Source: an uncultured virus (IMG/VR IMGVR_UViG_3300025723_000018) (Duplodnaviria; Heunggongvirae; Uroviricota; Caudoviricetes). From it: a stretch of DNA of 20,000 bases. Of this stretch, positions 1 through 9,858 are shown one piece after another. Every line of letters begins with the position of its first letter. Position 1 is the stretch's first letter. The position numbers and the translations under genes are program-made. The DNA lies in the IMG/VR virus record IMGVR_UViG_3300025723_000018; one strand, given 5' to 3'. The notes below the pieces were generated by a model, which saw nothing but the letters and a program-made list of their open reading frames with translations, made no database searches and had not been told where the DNA came from.

Positions 1-1
1 A

Positions 2-2281
2 GGCGATACTAGTGCTTATGTTGTCAGTGCTGTAAGTACAGCTACAGTTAACAGTACAGCGGTTACTATTTTAACTCTAGCACAACAAAAAACCGTGGCT
101 AGTAATGATGGTGTTGGAGTTCAAGTTCGTTATAACTTTAGTTTGATTAGATTACAGTCGCATGACTTCTTGCAAATTGGTACTGGCGGTATTGCTACGA
201 CAAACTATCCAGGGACACCAACACAAGGTCCTACTCCAGCTAACCAAATTAACTACACATTCCCAGGTCGTGTTTATTATGTGTCAACAGACGAACTTGG
301 TAACTTTTATGTAGGTAACTATTTCAGCGTTAACCAAGCAACTGGTGCAGCTACATTGAATGCTAGTGCGTTCAACTTGAGCGGTTTGACCAGCTTGCGA
401 CTAGGTTCAATTGGCGCACAACTTGGCGCACAGATTAACGAATTCTCAACAGACGGGACATTAAGTCAAAACTCAGACGTTAAAGTTCCAACACAACATG
501 CGGTTACAACTTACTTAGGTGCCGCGTATCAAAACATTAGTCCTGCTGTAGATACAGTAGTGACCACAGCAACAGCAAGTAGTGGAGCAAATATTACAGT
601 CGGAACAACAACTGGTATGGTTGTTAACATGACTGTAGTGTTTGGTGCTAACTTAGGTAGTTTGACAGCACAAACTGTATACTATCTATTATCAGCCAGC
701 GGCACAACAATCACTGTTAGTCTTGCACCAGGCGGCGCAGCTGTTACAGTTGGAACAACAACTGGACAAAACGTTGCCGTAAACACTGGTTATAGTTTAG
801 GTGTTGCAAGTAGACGTTGGAGTCACTTGTACGTGGGTCCAGGATCAATTACACTAGGATCTATTACAATTAGCGATGTCAGTGGTACACTACAAGTTAC
901 CAGCTCTGGTAGCAATGCCAATGCAAATATTAACAGTATTCAAAATGGTACTAGTAATGTCACTGTAGCTAACAACGGTACTGTGACAATTGCTTCAGCA
1001 GGTACCACAGCAATTACAGCTACAGCAGTCAGTACAACAGTCAACAACAATTTGATTGTAAGCGGAACACTAACTGTTAGCGGTGCTACTGACTATGTTG
1101 GAGCTACTAATACAGTTTATACTGACAATTTGATTGAACTACATGCACCATCAGGTGGTGTAGGTGGCACATGGGCTACCAATGACGGTAAAGACATTGG
1201 TTTACGTATGCACTATTATGCTAACAGTGCTGATCAAAATGCTGCATTGGTATTGGCCAATGACAGTGGTTATTTGGAATGGTACAACACTGGTACAGAA
1301 AACGTTAGTGGCGACTTTGTATCAGCCTCATATGGTACTATCAAGGCCGCCTCATTTTTAGCAACAACTAGTGTGGACAGCAGTAGCACATCATTTAATC
1401 TTGTAAACACCACAGCTACAACGTTAAACATTGGCGGAGCGGCAACTACAATCGGTATTGGTGCTAGCACTGGTACAACCACCGTCAATAATCAATTGAC
1501 TACTAACAATGCTGTAGTGAACACTTTGCTAAAAACTGGTTCAACCATTGGCTATACTGATACTGGTATATTGGCCACTTTTGCCAACAGCACAGCTGGA
1601 TACAACCAGATTATTTTACAAAATACCAGCAACAACTCTAGTGCAAGCACAAACTTTAACGTAAGTAATAATTTAGGATCTGCCACAACCAACTACGGTG
1701 AGTTTGGTATGAACTCTAGTACGTTTACTGGATCTGGCGCATTTAATACAGCAGGCAATGTGTATCTAGCCGCGGCTAGTACTGATTTGGCCATAGGCAC
1801 ATATGGTTCAAATGCTATACACTTTGTTGTGAATAGCGGCGCAACGGATGCTGCAACTATTTCAAGCAGTGGTGTATTTTCAACCACTAGTCCATCGTTT
1901 ACAACCAGCGTAACCACAACTAGTACAACATTTGGTATGTACAATGCCAACGCTACAACAATCAATTTTGGCCAAGCTGCAACCACAATGAATATTGGAG
2001 CACCAGGTACTACTGTGTACATTGGGCAAAATACTGGTAACTCAATATTGAGTATACTGGGCAATACATCTAGTGGAACAGCAGCCATTACTACCAATGT
2101 TACATCTGGCACATTGAACATAGGTGCAGGTGTCACAGGAACAGTTGTAATTGGCGCTACAGGATCAAACATTTATTTAGGCGGCACAACAACTAGCGAT
2201 ACAACTTACGCATACGTGGGTAATAACAAAGTAGCCACTATGGGTCGCAGTATTGCAATGTCCATGGTATTCGGTGGATAA
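2..2281 (+). CDS. Large virion structural / tail-fibre-like protein, 5'-truncated by the window edge
   Basis: The frame is open from position 2 (GDTSAYVVSAVST...), so the GTG at 95 is not the real start. The protein is very T/S/G/N-rich. The segment SHDFLQIGTG...GRVYYVSTDELGNFYVG...INEFSTDGTLSQNSDVKVPTQHAV resembles large structural proteins of aquatic T4-like phages. The C-terminus SIAMSMVFGG resembles the ends of fibre-like proteins that precede a small companion gene. Confidence 0.7.
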   Translation, partial: GDTSAYVVSAVSTATVNSTAVTILTLAQQKTVASNDGVGVQVRYNFSLIRLQSHDFLQIGTGGIATTNYPGTPTQGPTPANQINYTFPGRVYYVSTDELGNFYVGNYFSVNQATGAATLNASAFNLSGLTSLRLGSIGAQLGAQINEFSTDGTLSQNSDVKVPTQHAVTTYLGAAYQNISPAVDTVVTTATASSGANITVGTTTGMVVNMTVVFGANLGSLTAQTVYYLLSASGTTITVSLAPGGAAVTVGTTTGQNVAVNTGYSLGVASRRWSHLYVGPGSITLGSITISDVSGTLQVTSSGSNANANINSIQNGTSNVTVANNGTVTIASAGTTAITATAVSTTVNNNLIVSGTLTVSGATDYVGATNTVYTDNLIELHAPSGGVGGTWATNDGKDIGLRMHYYANSADQNAALVLANDSGYLEWYNTGTENVSGDFVSASYGTIKAASFLATTSVDSSSTSFNLVNTTATTLNIGGAATTIGIGASTGTTTVNNQLTTNNAVVNTLLKTGSTIGYTDTGILATFANSTAGYNQIILQNTSNNSSASTNFNVSNNLGSATTNYGEFGMNSSTFTGSGAFNTAGNVYLAAASTDLAIGTYGSNAIHFVVNSGATDAATISSSGVFSTTSPSFTTSVTTTSTTFGMYNANATTINFGQAATTMNIGAPGTTVYIGQNTGNSILSILGNTSSGTAAITTNVTSGTLNIGAGVTGTVVIGATGSNIYLGGTTTSDTTYAYVGNNKVATMGRSIAMSMVFGG
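1364..2002 (+). repeat. Two degenerate ~34-aa internal repeats in the fibre-like protein (1364-1465 and 1901-2002)
   Basis: TTSVDSSSTSFNLVNTTATTLNIGGAATTIGIGA aligns with TTSVTTTSTTFGMYNANATTINFGQAATTMNIGA. Confidence 0.7.
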
Positions 2282-2284
2282 ATA
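2277..2284 (+). promoter_or_regulatory. T4-late-type promoter box GATAAATA
   Basis: One mismatch to the T4 late consensus TATAAATA. It overlaps the stop codon at 2279-2281 and is followed by SD AAGGA and the ATG at 2302. Confidence 0.55.
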
Positions 2285-2301
2285 TACAAAAGGATTAGAA
2301 A

Positions 2302-2676
2302 ATGACAGCTCCAAATATAGTAAACGTACAATCAATTACAGGAACAACCAGTACTGTAGCGTTGAGTACTACTAGTATTACTAGTTTAGTAAGTAACGCA
2401 GCCAGCAGTAACCAAGTGTTAAAGATTAATAATGTTATTGTTTCCAACACAAACGGTACAAACGCTTGTAACTTTACATTGAGTTATTGTAGTGCGGCCA
2501 GTGCAGGCGGTACAGCAAGCCCAATGGCTAGCACCGTTAGTATTCCAGCTAACGCTTCGTTAATTGCATTAGACAAAAGCACACAAATTTACTTGCCAGA
2601 AAATACCAGTTTAGGTGTTACAGCAGGTACAGCCAGCGTCTTAACGGTAACAGTCAGCTACGAAATAATTAGCTAA
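2302..2676 (+). CDS. Small beta-rich virion/fibre-associated protein (124 aa)
   Basis: Good SD (AAGGA). The MTAPNIVNV... start and ...LTVTVSYEIIS end resemble small structural proteins found between fibre genes of environmental phages. Confidence 0.6.
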   Translation: MTAPNIVNVQSITGTTSTVALSTTSITSLVSNAASSNQVLKINNVIVSNTNGTNACNFTLSYCSAASAGGTASPMASTVSIPANASLIALDKSTQIYLPENTSLGVTAGTASVLTVTVSYEIIS

Positions 2677-2687
2677 GGAGCTCCTTA
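2674..2687 (+). promoter_or_regulatory. Perfect 14-bp palindrome TAAGGAGCTCCTTA combining stop codon, SD and anti-SD
   Basis: The sequence is self-complementary. It contains the TAA of the upstream gene and the SD TAAGGAG of the ATG at 2690. Confidence 0.7.
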
Positions 2688-2689
2688 AA

Positions 2690-5600
2690 ATGGCAAACCG
2701 TTTTATAGGTGGCGTCTTAACTAGCCAAAAACAACCTACCACAGGCTTTGTCAGTCGTGCCAGCACAGGCACATATTTTAACAGTAGTGGTGTATTAACC
2801 ACAGCTGCTATTAATCAACCTCGCTTAAATTACTCTTATGTGAACGGTTCTTGGACTCAACCGACAGTATTGATTGAACCAGCAAGTACTAATATTGTTA
2901 CCGGTAGTTCAGATTTTTCAAATGTTACTTACTGGTCAACAAATAACTCTACTATAGCGACAGCCGCTGCTGTCGCCCCTGACGGTACTACTACCGCTTG
3001 TAAAATTCAAGAAACTACTGCAAATACTCTGCACGGTGTTGAAAACCAATTGGGTTCAACCAATGGTTTAGCATACACACTTAGTATTTTTGCAAAAGCC
3101 GCAGAGCGTAGTTGGCTCATTATTGATAATACGCACCAAGGCGTTGCTAATTATAGAAATTATTTTAACTTATCAACTGGTGCTACTGGAACAATAGCAG
3201 GTGGAAATAGTCAATTAAGTATGGTGCCTGTTGGGAACGGATGGTATCGCTGTAGTGTAACTCGACCAGCAGGAACATACGGAACTCATCGGGTTTGTAT
3301 ATACACTACTACTGGAGATGCTACTCCAACATACACAGGAACATCGGGGTCAGGGATTTATATTTGGGGGTGTCAGTTAGAGTATCAATTAGGGACAACA
3401 AGTTTTATTCCTGTAACCAGTGTTGCAATTACTCGCGCACAAGACGATGTAGGTCCAATATCTGGCGGAATATATAGATTAGAAGAATTACAAAATCAAA
3501 GTAGTATAGATGATCAATATACTATACAAAGTTTTGTTAACCTAGGATCAAATTACAACTGGACTTGTCCACAAGATGTTACTAGTGTAGAAGTTCTAGT
3601 TGTAGGTGGTGGCGGATCTGGTGCAGATAATGGAGCGGGAGGAGGTGCTGGTGGTGTTGTATATAATTCAAACTATCCAGTTATTCCAGGAAATACTTAT
3701 ACCGTTGTAGTTGGATCAGGTGGATCCGGTTCTACAGCAGGATCAAACGTTAACGGTACTAGTGGCCAATATAGCCAATTTGGAACATTAGTTGCAAACG
3801 GCGGAGGGTTTGGAGGTTCTGGCGGAACCCCTGCCCAAGGTGCCGCCGGTGGATCAGGTGGAGGCAGTGCTGCATTATTGGCCTCAACAACATTAAATGG
3901 CGGTCCAGGAACTGCTGGACAAGGGTTTAGTGGTGGCCAAAGTTACGGCGGAACAAGTCCTTATCCTGCAGGTGGTGGTGGCGGTGCCGGAGGCAACGGC
4001 GGCAATGCATCTGGAAATGCACAAAATGCATTTAACCTTGGCGGTCAAGGTGGAGTTGGATTATACTTTCCGCAATTTAGTGCATACGGAGCAAGCGGAT
4101 ATTTTGGTGGCGGTGGCGGTGGCGGTGGCAATATTGTTGTTACACCATACGGCGTTGGTGGGTTAGGAGGCGGTGGCTCAGCTGGTACTGGGACCGTTTC
4201 TGCAAAATCTGGCGCAACAAATACAGGCGGAGGTGGTGGTGGAGGTGTTGGATTAACCGGCGGCGGAGCTGGCGGATCTGGTGTAGTATTAGTTAGATAC
4301 AAAAGAACAAATACACAATTATCAGCCGTAAGCAACGAATCTTTAATAAGTCAAAAATTCATAACATCTAATTATTGGACATGCCCACCAGGTGTTACAC
4401 AAGTAGAAGCACTTGTAGTAGCCGGTGGCGGTGGCGGTGGTGGAACTAACGGTGGTGGTGGATCAGGAGGTGGCGCTGGCGGCTTAATTTATAATTCATC
4501 AGTGTCAGTTACTCCAGGAACAACATATCAACTTATTGTTGGCAATGGTGGCCCTGGAGGTTCTTTAGGCATTGGATATAACGGTTATGCTAGTGCATTA
4601 GCCAGCGGAACAGAATACAACACAAATTATTCATTCAGTGCAACTACAGGGTGGAGTGCTCAATCAAGCGCAACAGTAGGACTATTTACAGGAAACGGCC
4701 CTAACGGAGGCGGAAGTGTAGTGTTAACTTCTACTGGCGGTAGTAATGTCTATTCAACGTTTCTTGTCTCGGGATTAACAAATGGTACACAATATGTTGT
4801 TAGTTTCTGGGCTAAAGGAAGTTCAAATTTCAGCACAGGAACTATTTCATTTACAGACAACGCATACAATAGTGGAAACACGTTAGCAACAGCTACAAGC
4901 ATTCCATCTTTAAGTTTAACCTGGTCTCAGTATAGTTTTATTTTTACAGCCAACTCATCTAACCAAATATATGTTTCATTTTTTACCGGCGGCACAAGTA
5001 CAAATTACATGTATGTTAGCCAATTAAGTGTTCGTGCAACTATTATAGGTACAATCGGCGGAGGTGGCGGAGCACAATTTGGAGGAACTGGAAATTCTGG
5101 TGGATCCGGCGGAGGAGGCACTGGTGGAGTAGGTTCTGGAACATCCGGTCAAGGTAACAGTGGTGGTTTAGGTTATAACTGGAGTGTAACTAATGGCAAT
5201 GGCGGTGGTGGCGGCGCAGGCCAAGCAGGTCCGCAAGGCGGAACCAAAGATCAAATGCAAAGTGGCTGTGGTGGTAATGGTCTATCATTCACAATAACAG
5301 GAAATTTAGAATTCTATGCAGGCGGCGGCGGTGGGGGAACTTATGCCGCTACTAGTAACAGTTATGGAAGTACGCCTGGCGTAGGCGGAGCCGGCGGCGG
5401 CGGCAATGGTTCATTTAGCGGAGTTGCAGCTCAGCCAGGCGCACCAAATACCGGAGGCGGTGGCGGTGGTTGCGGTGGTAATGGAGTTACTGTTGGAGCC
5501 GCTGGAGGAAGTGGTGTCATTGTGCTAAGATATCGTGTGCCAACCTATGCTGTATTCCAAGATTCAGGATATTGGACTTGTCCATTGGGAGTTACTAGTG

Positions 5601-6322
5601 TTCAAGCTCTTGTAGTCGGTGGTGGAGGTCCCGGTGGACCACCAGGCGGTGCCGGTGGCGGTGCCGGTGGATTAGTTTATAGTTCTAGTGTACCAGTAAT
5701 CCCAGGACAAATTTATTCAGTAGTTGTTGGTGTTGCAGGCGGAACATATAGTCCAGGAGTGTACGGAAATAGTTTAGGAAGCAATGGCGGAAATAGTAGT
5801 TTTGCCGGAATTGTTGCATATGGCGGCGGAGCAGGAGGCGGCAATAGTCTAGTTCCAGCTGGAGGCGGATCTGGAGGCGGCGCTAGCGGAAATCAAACAC
5901 CTTATACCGGTGCTGGCGGTACTTATGGACAAGGTAACGCAGGTGGAACAGGAGTTACTGGAACATATCAAACTAACGGCGGAGGCGGCGGCGCAGGATC
6001 TGTTGGCGGTGCTGGCACCGGTACAGTAAGCGGAGCAGGCGGAGCAGGATTGACTTATAGTATTAGTGGAACTTCGACTACTTACGCTGGCGGTGGTGGA
6101 GGCTCTGGTGGCTCTGGCACTTCAGTAACAGGAGCCGCTGGTGGATCCGGCGGTGGTGGCGCAGGCGGAACTGGAATGCCAGGAGCAAGTGGTAGCGGTA
6201 CTTCGAATCCAAGTCCAGGACTTCAAAATACTGGCGGAGGCGGTGGTGGCTTAGGTAATGGAAGTAACCCTGGAGAACGCGGCGGATCGGGCATTGTAAT
6301 CATAAGATGGAATGGCGGTTAA
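2690..6322 (+). CDS. Modular glycine-rich fibre/spike (decoration) protein, 1210 aa
   Basis: An N-terminal CBM/spike-like module (SRASTGTY...LIEPASTN...GNGWYRC...IYIWGCQLE) is followed by three glycine-rich domains. Each domain is bounded by WTCPxxVTxVxxLVVxGGG and GGSG[VI][VI][LVI]xR[YW]. A second CBM-like insert lies at ~4610-5041. Confidence 0.75.
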   Translation: MANRFIGGVLTSQKQPTTGFVSRASTGTYFNSSGVLTTAAINQPRLNYSYVNGSWTQPTVLIEPASTNIVTGSSDFSNVTYWSTNNSTIATAAAVAPDGTTTACKIQETTANTLHGVENQLGSTNGLAYTLSIFAKAAERSWLIIDNTHQGVANYRNYFNLSTGATGTIAGGNSQLSMVPVGNGWYRCSVTRPAGTYGTHRVCIYTTTGDATPTYTGTSGSGIYIWGCQLEYQLGTTSFIPVTSVAITRAQDDVGPISGGIYRLEELQNQSSIDDQYTIQSFVNLGSNYNWTCPQDVTSVEVLVVGGGGSGADNGAGGGAGGVVYNSNYPVIPGNTYTVVVGSGGSGSTAGSNVNGTSGQYSQFGTLVANGGGFGGSGGTPAQGAAGGSGGGSAALLASTTLNGGPGTAGQGFSGGQSYGGTSPYPAGGGGGAGGNGGNASGNAQNAFNLGGQGGVGLYFPQFSAYGASGYFGGGGGGGGNIVVTPYGVGGLGGGGSAGTGTVSAKSGATNTGGGGGGGVGLTGGGAGGSGVVLVRYKRTNTQLSAVSNESLISQKFITSNYWTCPPGVTQVEALVVAGGGGGGGTNGGGGSGGGAGGLIYNSSVSVTPGTTYQLIVGNGGPGGSLGIGYNGYASALASGTEYNTNYSFSATTGWSAQSSATVGLFTGNGPNGGGSVVLTSTGGSNVYSTFLVSGLTNGTQYVVSFWAKGSSNFSTGTISFTDNAYNSGNTLATATSIPSLSLTWSQYSFIFTANSSNQIYVSFFTGGTSTNYMYVSQLSVRATIIGTIGGGGGAQFGGTGNSGGSGGGGTGGVGSGTSGQGNSGGLGYNWSVTNGNGGGGGAGQAGPQGGTKDQMQSGCGGNGLSFTITGNLEFYAGGGGGGTYAATSNSYGSTPGVGGAGGGGNGSFSGVAAQPGAPNTGGGGGGCGGNGVTVGAAGGSGVIVLRYRVPTYAVFQDSGYWTCPLGVTSVQALVVGGGGPGGPPGGAGGGAGGLVYSSSVPVIPGQIYSVVVGVAGGTYSPGVYGNSLGSNGGNSSFAGIVAYGGGAGGGNSLVPAGGGSGGGASGNQTPYTGAGGTYGQGNAGGTGVTGTYQTNGGGGGAGSVGGAGTGTVSGAGGAGLTYSISGTSTTYAGGGGGSGGSGTSVTGAAGGSGGGGAGGTGMPGASGSGTSNPSPGLQNTGGGGGGLGNGSNPGERGGSGIVIIRWNGG

Positions 6323-9300
6323 ATAACGTATGGCTAAAAATAATAATCCAGGAAGAATTCTAAAAGGTACAAAAACTCAACCCTCACTTAAAGGTGCTAG
6401 TGGTATTTGGACTTTGGATGAAGCACTACAATATCATCGCGCCAACCAATGGCCTATACCTAACCTTTATCAACCTGTGTCAAATAGCGTAAGAAACAGC
6501 CTCGCTAAGACTTCTTATTTTACATTTACTCCTAATCGAACAGGAAGCAATCGACGATTTACTATGAGTTGGTGGTTCAAATTGGGACAGTTGTCAGCAG
6601 CTGGCGGCACACAGCGACATCTTTTTTACAGTTATGATGGCTCAAATTTATTACAAGTATTTTTAGAAAGAGCCAGCGGAACTAACCCTGATTACATTTG
6701 TTTTTATGGTGGCGGCACAGATTTACGATTCAGTCCTATATTAAGAGATACAAACGCATGGTACCATTTGGTTATAAGTGTTGATATCAATCAATCAACT
6801 TCTTCTAATACTGTTAAAGGATGGTTAAACGGTGTTCAAATGACCATGGCTGGTAGTCAAGCTTCGAGTACTCCTACATATCCAACTGGTTCAACTTATT
6901 GGCCTATTTTTCAACCTTATGCATATCAACGTGTAGGCGGCAATTCCAGTGGCGGTACATTCGATGGTTATTTTTCAGAAGTAAATTTTATAGACGGTTA
7001 CGCTTTACAACCATCATTATTTGGTCAATTTGATAGCAACAATACGTGGGTACCCATTCCTTATACAGGTAGTTATGGAACCAACGGTTTTTATTTGCCA
7101 TTTACTAACGCACAAACAAGTCAGACTTTAGGGTATGATGCTAGTTTAAATGGAACTCCTACTTATAGTGCAGATCAAGATCCTTATCGTAGCAGTGTTA
7201 CAATGCATTTTGATGGTAATGGTTTTCCAGGGTCAGTTGGAACATCGACAAATACACTTATATTAGACAGTAGTTCTAATAACTATACAATCACAACCAG
7301 TGGCTCAGTAAGTCAAGGAAGTTTTAGTCCATATCCATTTGCTCCAACATCACTTTATAATCCTATAGTTCATGGAGGAAGTGCATATTTTCAAGGAACA
7401 TCTTCTAGCTATCTAACAGTTCCAAGTAGTTCCAATTGGGCTATTGGTAGTACTGGCACTATAGAAATGTGGGTTTACCCTACAGCCAATAATGCCGGTA
7501 ATGTAAGATTCTGGTGTGTAAACAATAACTCCTCAGGGTTAGATGCATACTTTAATGGCGGCGCAACTACAGTCTATATGCACGGTGGAGCTGTAGGAAC
7601 AACTACTTCCATGTCATTAAACACTTGGACACATTTAGCAGTAGTTTATAATAGTGGAACGGTATCGATTTATTTTAACGGTATTAGTCAAACTCTGACT
7701 GGTACTACAACTGGATATAATATTACCAATAATGGTACTTTATATATTGGAAACTTCAACGCCCCGGCGACCGGTTATGCATACACTGGATATATGAGTG
7801 GTGTGCGTATTACAAAAGGTGTAGCCATTTATACCGGTAATTTTGTTCCAACTAATCGACCATTCGGCACACTGACAAATAATTTAATTACATTTAGCGA
7901 AGATTTTACTAATAGTTTCTGGATACCATATAATCTTACAGTTACTACTGGAGCTGGTATTGCTCCAGATGGAACTCCTACAGCTACATTAGTTACTTCT
8001 ACACAAGTATTTTCAAATTCAAATATTGCGTTTTCATATTCGTCTACTAGTAATTCTTCTCCATACACTTACAGTATCTATGCTAAAGCCGGTACATTGT
8101 ATTCATTTAGACATCGTGTAGCATTTACAGGCGGTACTGGGTTAGGTTACAGTATTGATGTTAATTTACAAACTGGAACATATCAAACAGGAGAATCTGG
8201 ATATACAAACGCAAGTATAGCATCAGTAGGTAATGGGTGGTATCGTATTAGTATCACTGCCAGCAATAACGGTACTGGTAATACTAATTATATTGGCCAG
8301 TGCTATTTAGGGTCATTGCAAGGCACATCTACAGGTTCGATATATATCTGGGGAGCTCAATACGAACAATCGAGTTCATTAAGTACTTACACACCAACTC
8401 CTGCTAACTATTCAACAACACCTAGTTTATTATTAACCTTTGCCACAGCGGCAATTGTAGATGTTGCTGGAGCAAATAACGCAACACCAAGCGGTATTGT
8501 TTCGATAACATCTAATAGTAAGAATGGTGCCGGCGCTATAACATTTAATGGTAGTACTGATTATCTAACACTGAATGGATCAACAGGTACCACTTATTTT
8601 GGTACAAATAATTTTACTGTAGAATGTTGGTGGCAAGCTAATGGAACACAAACTAACTATGCCCCAATTATTAGTCAAGGATTTACAAGTTCACCACCAT
8701 CAGGAACATGGGGATTAAAAGTTGCAGGCGCTAGTACTACTAATCTTCAATTTACATACGATGCTGGTCTTGTAAACGTTGGACAAAATATAAATTCATC
8801 TATAAACCCTAATGATGGTAACTGGCATCATCTTGCGGTATCTAGAAATTCTTCAACATTAAACATGTATATCGATGGTATACTAGTTGGAAACGCTTCA
8901 ATTCCTGCCAGCGAAGTAGTAGGAAATACTACTACTCCTATTATTATTGGGTACGAGTCTCGAGATGGAAGCTATTTAAAAGGCACAATAGATGACTTGC
9001 GTGTGACCAATGGAGTGGGAAGATATCCCTCGGCATTTAGTCCACCTGCTCGAAGCTTGCCTAATATTGGGGGCAAATCTTTTGTTGCACAAAACATCAA
9101 TGCCGGTGTAGTACAAAAATTTACTACAGTTGGTACGAATTCATGGACAGCACCGTCAGATGTTACACAAGTTGAAGTACTAGTAGTAGCTGGCGGCGGC
9201 GGAGGTGGTTCTCGTATTGGTGGCGGAGGTGGAGCCGGTGGTTTAATCTACAATAGTCAATATCCAGTTACACCGGGACAAACATATACAGTCACAGTCG

Positions 9301-9858
9301 GCGCTGGAGGATCATCAGCAACATCTATGCCTGGCACACAAGGCGGTAATGGCGGAAATAGTGTTTTTGGAAATTTAACAGCAATCGGTGGCGGTGGCGG
9401 TGGCTATTATAATACCTCGAGTGCAACTTTAGGATCGTCTGGTGGTAGTGCAGGCGGCAATGGCGGATACTATACAAACAGTGGGACTAGTGGCACCGCT
9501 GGCCAAGGATTTAGCGGTGGTGGAAGTACAGCAAGTCAAGATGCTGGTGGTGGCGGTGGTGGCGCAGGCGGATCTGGAGCTACTGGAGTTTCTGGACAAG
9601 GAGGTGCTGGCGGCACTGGATTACAATTTAGCATTAGCGGCATACCAACATACTATGCAGGTGGTGGCGGCGGCGGCCAAGGAACATCAGCAGGTGCCGG
9701 CGGATCTGGTGGCGGTGGTGCAGGTTCTACTAGTAATAATAACGCCACTGCTGGAACAGCAAATACAGGCGGTGGTGGTGGTGGAGCAAGAAATTCTTCT
9801 GATACGTCAAACGTGGTATCAGGTGCCGGCGGTTCAGGAATTGTATTAATTCGTTATA
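3520..9858 (+). repeat. Four paralogous glycine-rich domains (~3520-4300, ~4352-5533, ~5545-6310, ~9110-9858)
   Basis: Shared scaffold WT[CA]P-x-[DG]VT-x-V[EQ]-x-LVV-x-GGG, GGGAGG[LV][VI]Y, V-x-PG-x-x-Y, G-x-AG/SG/YG-QG, YAGGGGG or YFGGGGG, NTGGGGGG, GGSG-V/I-V/I-x-x-R. Confidence 0.85.
6318..6325 (+). promoter_or_regulatory. Late-promoter-like box GTTAAATA
   Basis: The TAAATA core overlaps the upstream stop codon and ends 4 nt before the ATG at 6330, which has no SD. Confidence 0.45.

Noticed and set aside
4045..4335. Proline-rich - strand ORF (96 aa)
   Set aside because: The poly-Pro is simply the antisense of GGN glycine codons in the fibre gene, and there are no expression signals.
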